A stretch of 63,153 bases of DNA, filler included. It is 7 parts of 7 records of this genome, joined end to end, with 100 filler letters (N's around TTAATTAATTAA, not from the genome) between each part and the next. Parts side by side here need not be neighbours in the genome. Positions count along the whole stretch, not along the records: positions 59,965 to 63,153 come from SRR20825010_3135; 6 more parts are not named here. One strand, written 5' to 3'. A program made the translations under genes and the position numbers. Numbering within the stretch: position 1 is the stretch's first letter; every line of letters begins with the position of its first letter. The notes below the pieces were generated by a model. The model did no database searches and was not told where the DNA came from. It saw only the letters and a list, made by a program, of their open reading frames with translations. This document shows positions 61,144 through 63,153 of the stretch, in pieces.

Positions 61144-62215
61144 GGTCAGCCTCGCTTCCCAATGCGGCAAGTGCCGTGATCAGTGACGCCGGAGTGATCT
61201 TGCCCAGAACGGTGCCTGACCCGTCACGGGCGGCCAGCCCATCGGGGTTCTTCGCCAGCTGTGCAATCAGATCCTCGGCCATCCCGTCCGCGGATACGGC
61301 TGGCAAGGCCGAGAGATCGCCCTGGTCTGGAACGGCGCAGGCGGCGGCCTGTAGCAACCTGATCCGCGGCACCTCGGAAGTGAACCGCGCGACGTAGTCG
61401 TCAGCGGGGTTCAATATCAATTCCGTGGGTGTGCCGATTTGCACAACCTTGCCATCTCTCATGATTGCCATGCGGTCGGCAATACGCAGCGCTTCCAGGA
61501 AATCATGGGTGATAAAGACGATAGATTTGCGCAAGACCCGCTGGATACGCAGGAACTCATCTTGCATTTGCCTGCGGATCAATGGATCAAGCGCTGAAAA
61601 CGGCTCGTCTAGGAACCAGACATCCGGCTCCACCACAAGCGAGCGGGCAATGCCGACACGCTGTTGTTGACCGCCCGACAACTGTCCGGGAAAGGAGCCT
61701 TCACGCCCTTCGAGCCCGACCAGTTCAATGACGCGCTCGGCCTTCTGTCGCCGGTCCGCCAGCGGGATACCCTGCAATTTCAAGGGAAAGACAATATTCT
61801 CGATCACCGTCAAGTGTGGCATCAGACCGAAATTTTGAAAGACCATGCCCATCTTGTGACGCCGCACGTCAATCAGGGCTCTGGGGGACATTGCCAGAAG
61901 GTCTTCGCCGTCCAGCATCACTTCGCCATGCGAGGCATCCACAAGGCGCGACAGACAGCGCGCAACCGTGGATTTTCCCGACCCGGACAGCCCCATGATG
62001 ACAAAGGTTTCTCCAACGTGCACATCAAAACCCACGTCAATCACCGCCGGAACGTGGGCCTCACGGCGCATCCGCTCGGCCAAACCGGGCACGTCGATCG
62101 CGTAGCCTGAGGTGTCGAAATAGTACTCCGGCCTTGGGCCGTAGACCTTCCAAAGGTTTCGACATGAAAGCTTTACTGCTGCTGCTGTCGTCGAAGCAGG
62201 CGCTTGGTCTGTCAT
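61130..62215 (-). CDS. Glycine betaine/proline-type ABC ATP-binding protein (ProV-like)
   Basis: [37 protein letters not shown]. Confidence 0.95.
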   Translation of the reverse strand: MTDQAPASTTAAAVKLSCRNLWKVYGPRPEYYFDTSGYAIDVPGLAERMRREAHVPAVIDVGFDVHVGETFVIMGLSGSGKSTVARCLSRLVDASHGEVMLDGEDLLAMSPRALIDVRRHKMGMVFQNFGLMPHLTVIENIVFPLKLQGIPLADRRQKAERVIELVGLEGREGSFPGQLSGGQQQRVGIARSLVVEPDVWFLDEPFSALDPLIRRQMQDEFLRIQRVLRKSIVFITHDFLEALRIADRMAIMRDGKVVQIGTPTELILNPADDYVARFTSEVPRIRLLQAAACAVPDQGDLSALPAVSADGMAEDLIAQLAKNPDGLAARDGSGTVLGKITPASLITALAALGSEADHDAS

Positions 62216-62272
62216 ATCGTCTCTCCGGTCAATGCCTGCGCCTGACAACAAGGTCAGGCGCAGGCGAGACTG

Positions 62273-63151
62273 TTACTGGATCCACGTGGTCCATTTGTCT
62301 TCGTTCAGCGCAATCCACTCTGCGACGACCTCTTCGAGGGCGCGGCCGTTCTGGTCAATTTCGTTGATCATGGCGTTTTGCTCTGCATTGGTCAGTGCGA
62401 ACTGGCTGACGAAAGCGGCAGCACCGGGCCACACCTCTGCGAAATTTTTGGACGCGATCTTGTTGACGTGGGCCTGCGCAAAACCGCAGGCGGTGTCGCG
62501 TTGCTGATTTTCCTCCACGCATTCGCCGTCGGCTGGATTCCATTCCACCCATTTCACATCGATTTCAGCAAAGACCCAATGAGGCTGCCAGAACATCATC
62601 AGGATCGGTTCTTCGGAGGCGAGCGCACTTTTCAACTCCGCGATCATCGTGCCTTCAGAACCACCGGCGACCGGATCGAAAGGCAACTCGATACCTTCGA
62701 CGACAGACTTTGATCGGGTGCCCCAATCCGCCGGATAAGTGATGAGACGCCCATTCGGAAAGGTCTCTGCGGTGGCAAAGGCTTGCGCGCAATCAAAGAG
62801 CGCCTGATAGCTGGGCAGGCCTGGGCATTGCTCTTCCATGTAGGCGGGGTAAATCCAACCCTCACGCGGCTCGAGCCCCAGTTCGCCCATATCCACAATG
62901 GCGCCAGAGGCGAGGCCATCGGTATACGCTTCGGTGATAGAATTATCCCAAACCTCGGGGTTCAGGTTGATTTCGTTCTGCGCCAGCGCAGTGAACTGCG
63001 GCAGACCGCCAGCTGTGACCAGCTCGACGTTATAGCCCATCTTCATTAGTAGTTCTGCTGCAATGGTCGCAGACAAATGCTGGCCAGTCCATTCATTGAT
63101 CGCGATCTTGATAGGCTGATCTGTTTCGACTTCGGCCAATGCGGCCGTAGC
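62273..63151 (-). CDS. Quaternary-amine ABC substrate-binding protein (ProX/TmoX-like), 5'-partial
   Basis: PIKIAINEWTGQ, PEVW, REGWIYP...CPGLP, FWQPHW. Confidence 0.88.
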   Translation of the reverse strand, partial: ATAALAEVETDQPIKIAINEWTGQHLSATIAAELLMKMGYNVELVTAGGLPQFTALAQNEINLNPEVWDNSITEAYTDGLASGAIVDMGELGLEPREGWIYPAYMEEQCPGLPSYQALFDCAQAFATAETFPNGRLITYPADWGTRSKSVVEGIELPFDPVAGGSEGTMIAELKSALASEEPILMMFWQPHWVFAEIDVKWVEWNPADGECVEENQQRDTACGFAQAHVNKIASKNFAEVWPGAAAFVSQFALTNAEQNAMINEIDQNGRALEEVVAEWIALNEDKWTTWIQ

Positions 63152-63153
63152 CC

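Noticed and set aside
59965-63153. Specific call as TMAO transporter tmoXWV or proVWX
   Set aside because: The family is clear but the substrate cannot be assigned from sequence by eye, and the contig lacks catabolic context.

Overview
This window is not one locus. It is seven unrelated contigs joined by 100-nt artificial N-spacers carrying TTAATTAATTAA, so gene context must not be read across spacers. Taxonomy below is inferred from composition and gene families. (1) 1-6555 is a high-GC alphaproteobacterial housekeeping segment (Gfo/Idh/MocA, Bcr/CflA MFS, IMPase, ttcA, glsA, rpsD 3' part). (2) 6656-31754 is a high-GC alphaproteobacterium, Rhodospirillales-like. It holds the icd 3' end plus a low-GC islet, a GntR-TRAP-DUF3604 unit opposite a TauE gene, TetR/VOC, a peptide ABC operon, MerR/CDF, a DUF1835 gene behind a structured leader, LysR/Tat-MBL hydrolase, a D-cysteine desulfhydrase-family gene and the oligoendopeptidase F 3' end. 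(3) 31855-35439 is planctomycete-like. (4) 35540-52122 is low-GC Bacteroidota: T9SS cargo proteins (one with a reelin-like domain), a DnaE2-type polymerase, a DUF547-barrel fusion plus Omp85, a candidate sRNA, PrsW, and a decayed RHS toxin with lipoprotein immunity cassettes. (5) 52223-55536 is Rhizobiales-like (NMT1-type SBP, ade, GH13). (6) 55637-59864 is Phycisphaerae-like (prepilin-type protein, M50 and CPBP proteases). (7) 59965-63153 is an alphaproteobacterial quaternary-amine ABC transporter. No rRNA, tRNA, CRISPR array or intact mobile element was seen. The best leads are the switch-like RNA leader of the DUF1835 gene, the TRAP/DUF3604/TauE catabolic unit and the bacterial reelin-like domain. 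Family assignments come from motif recognition only; no database searches were run.
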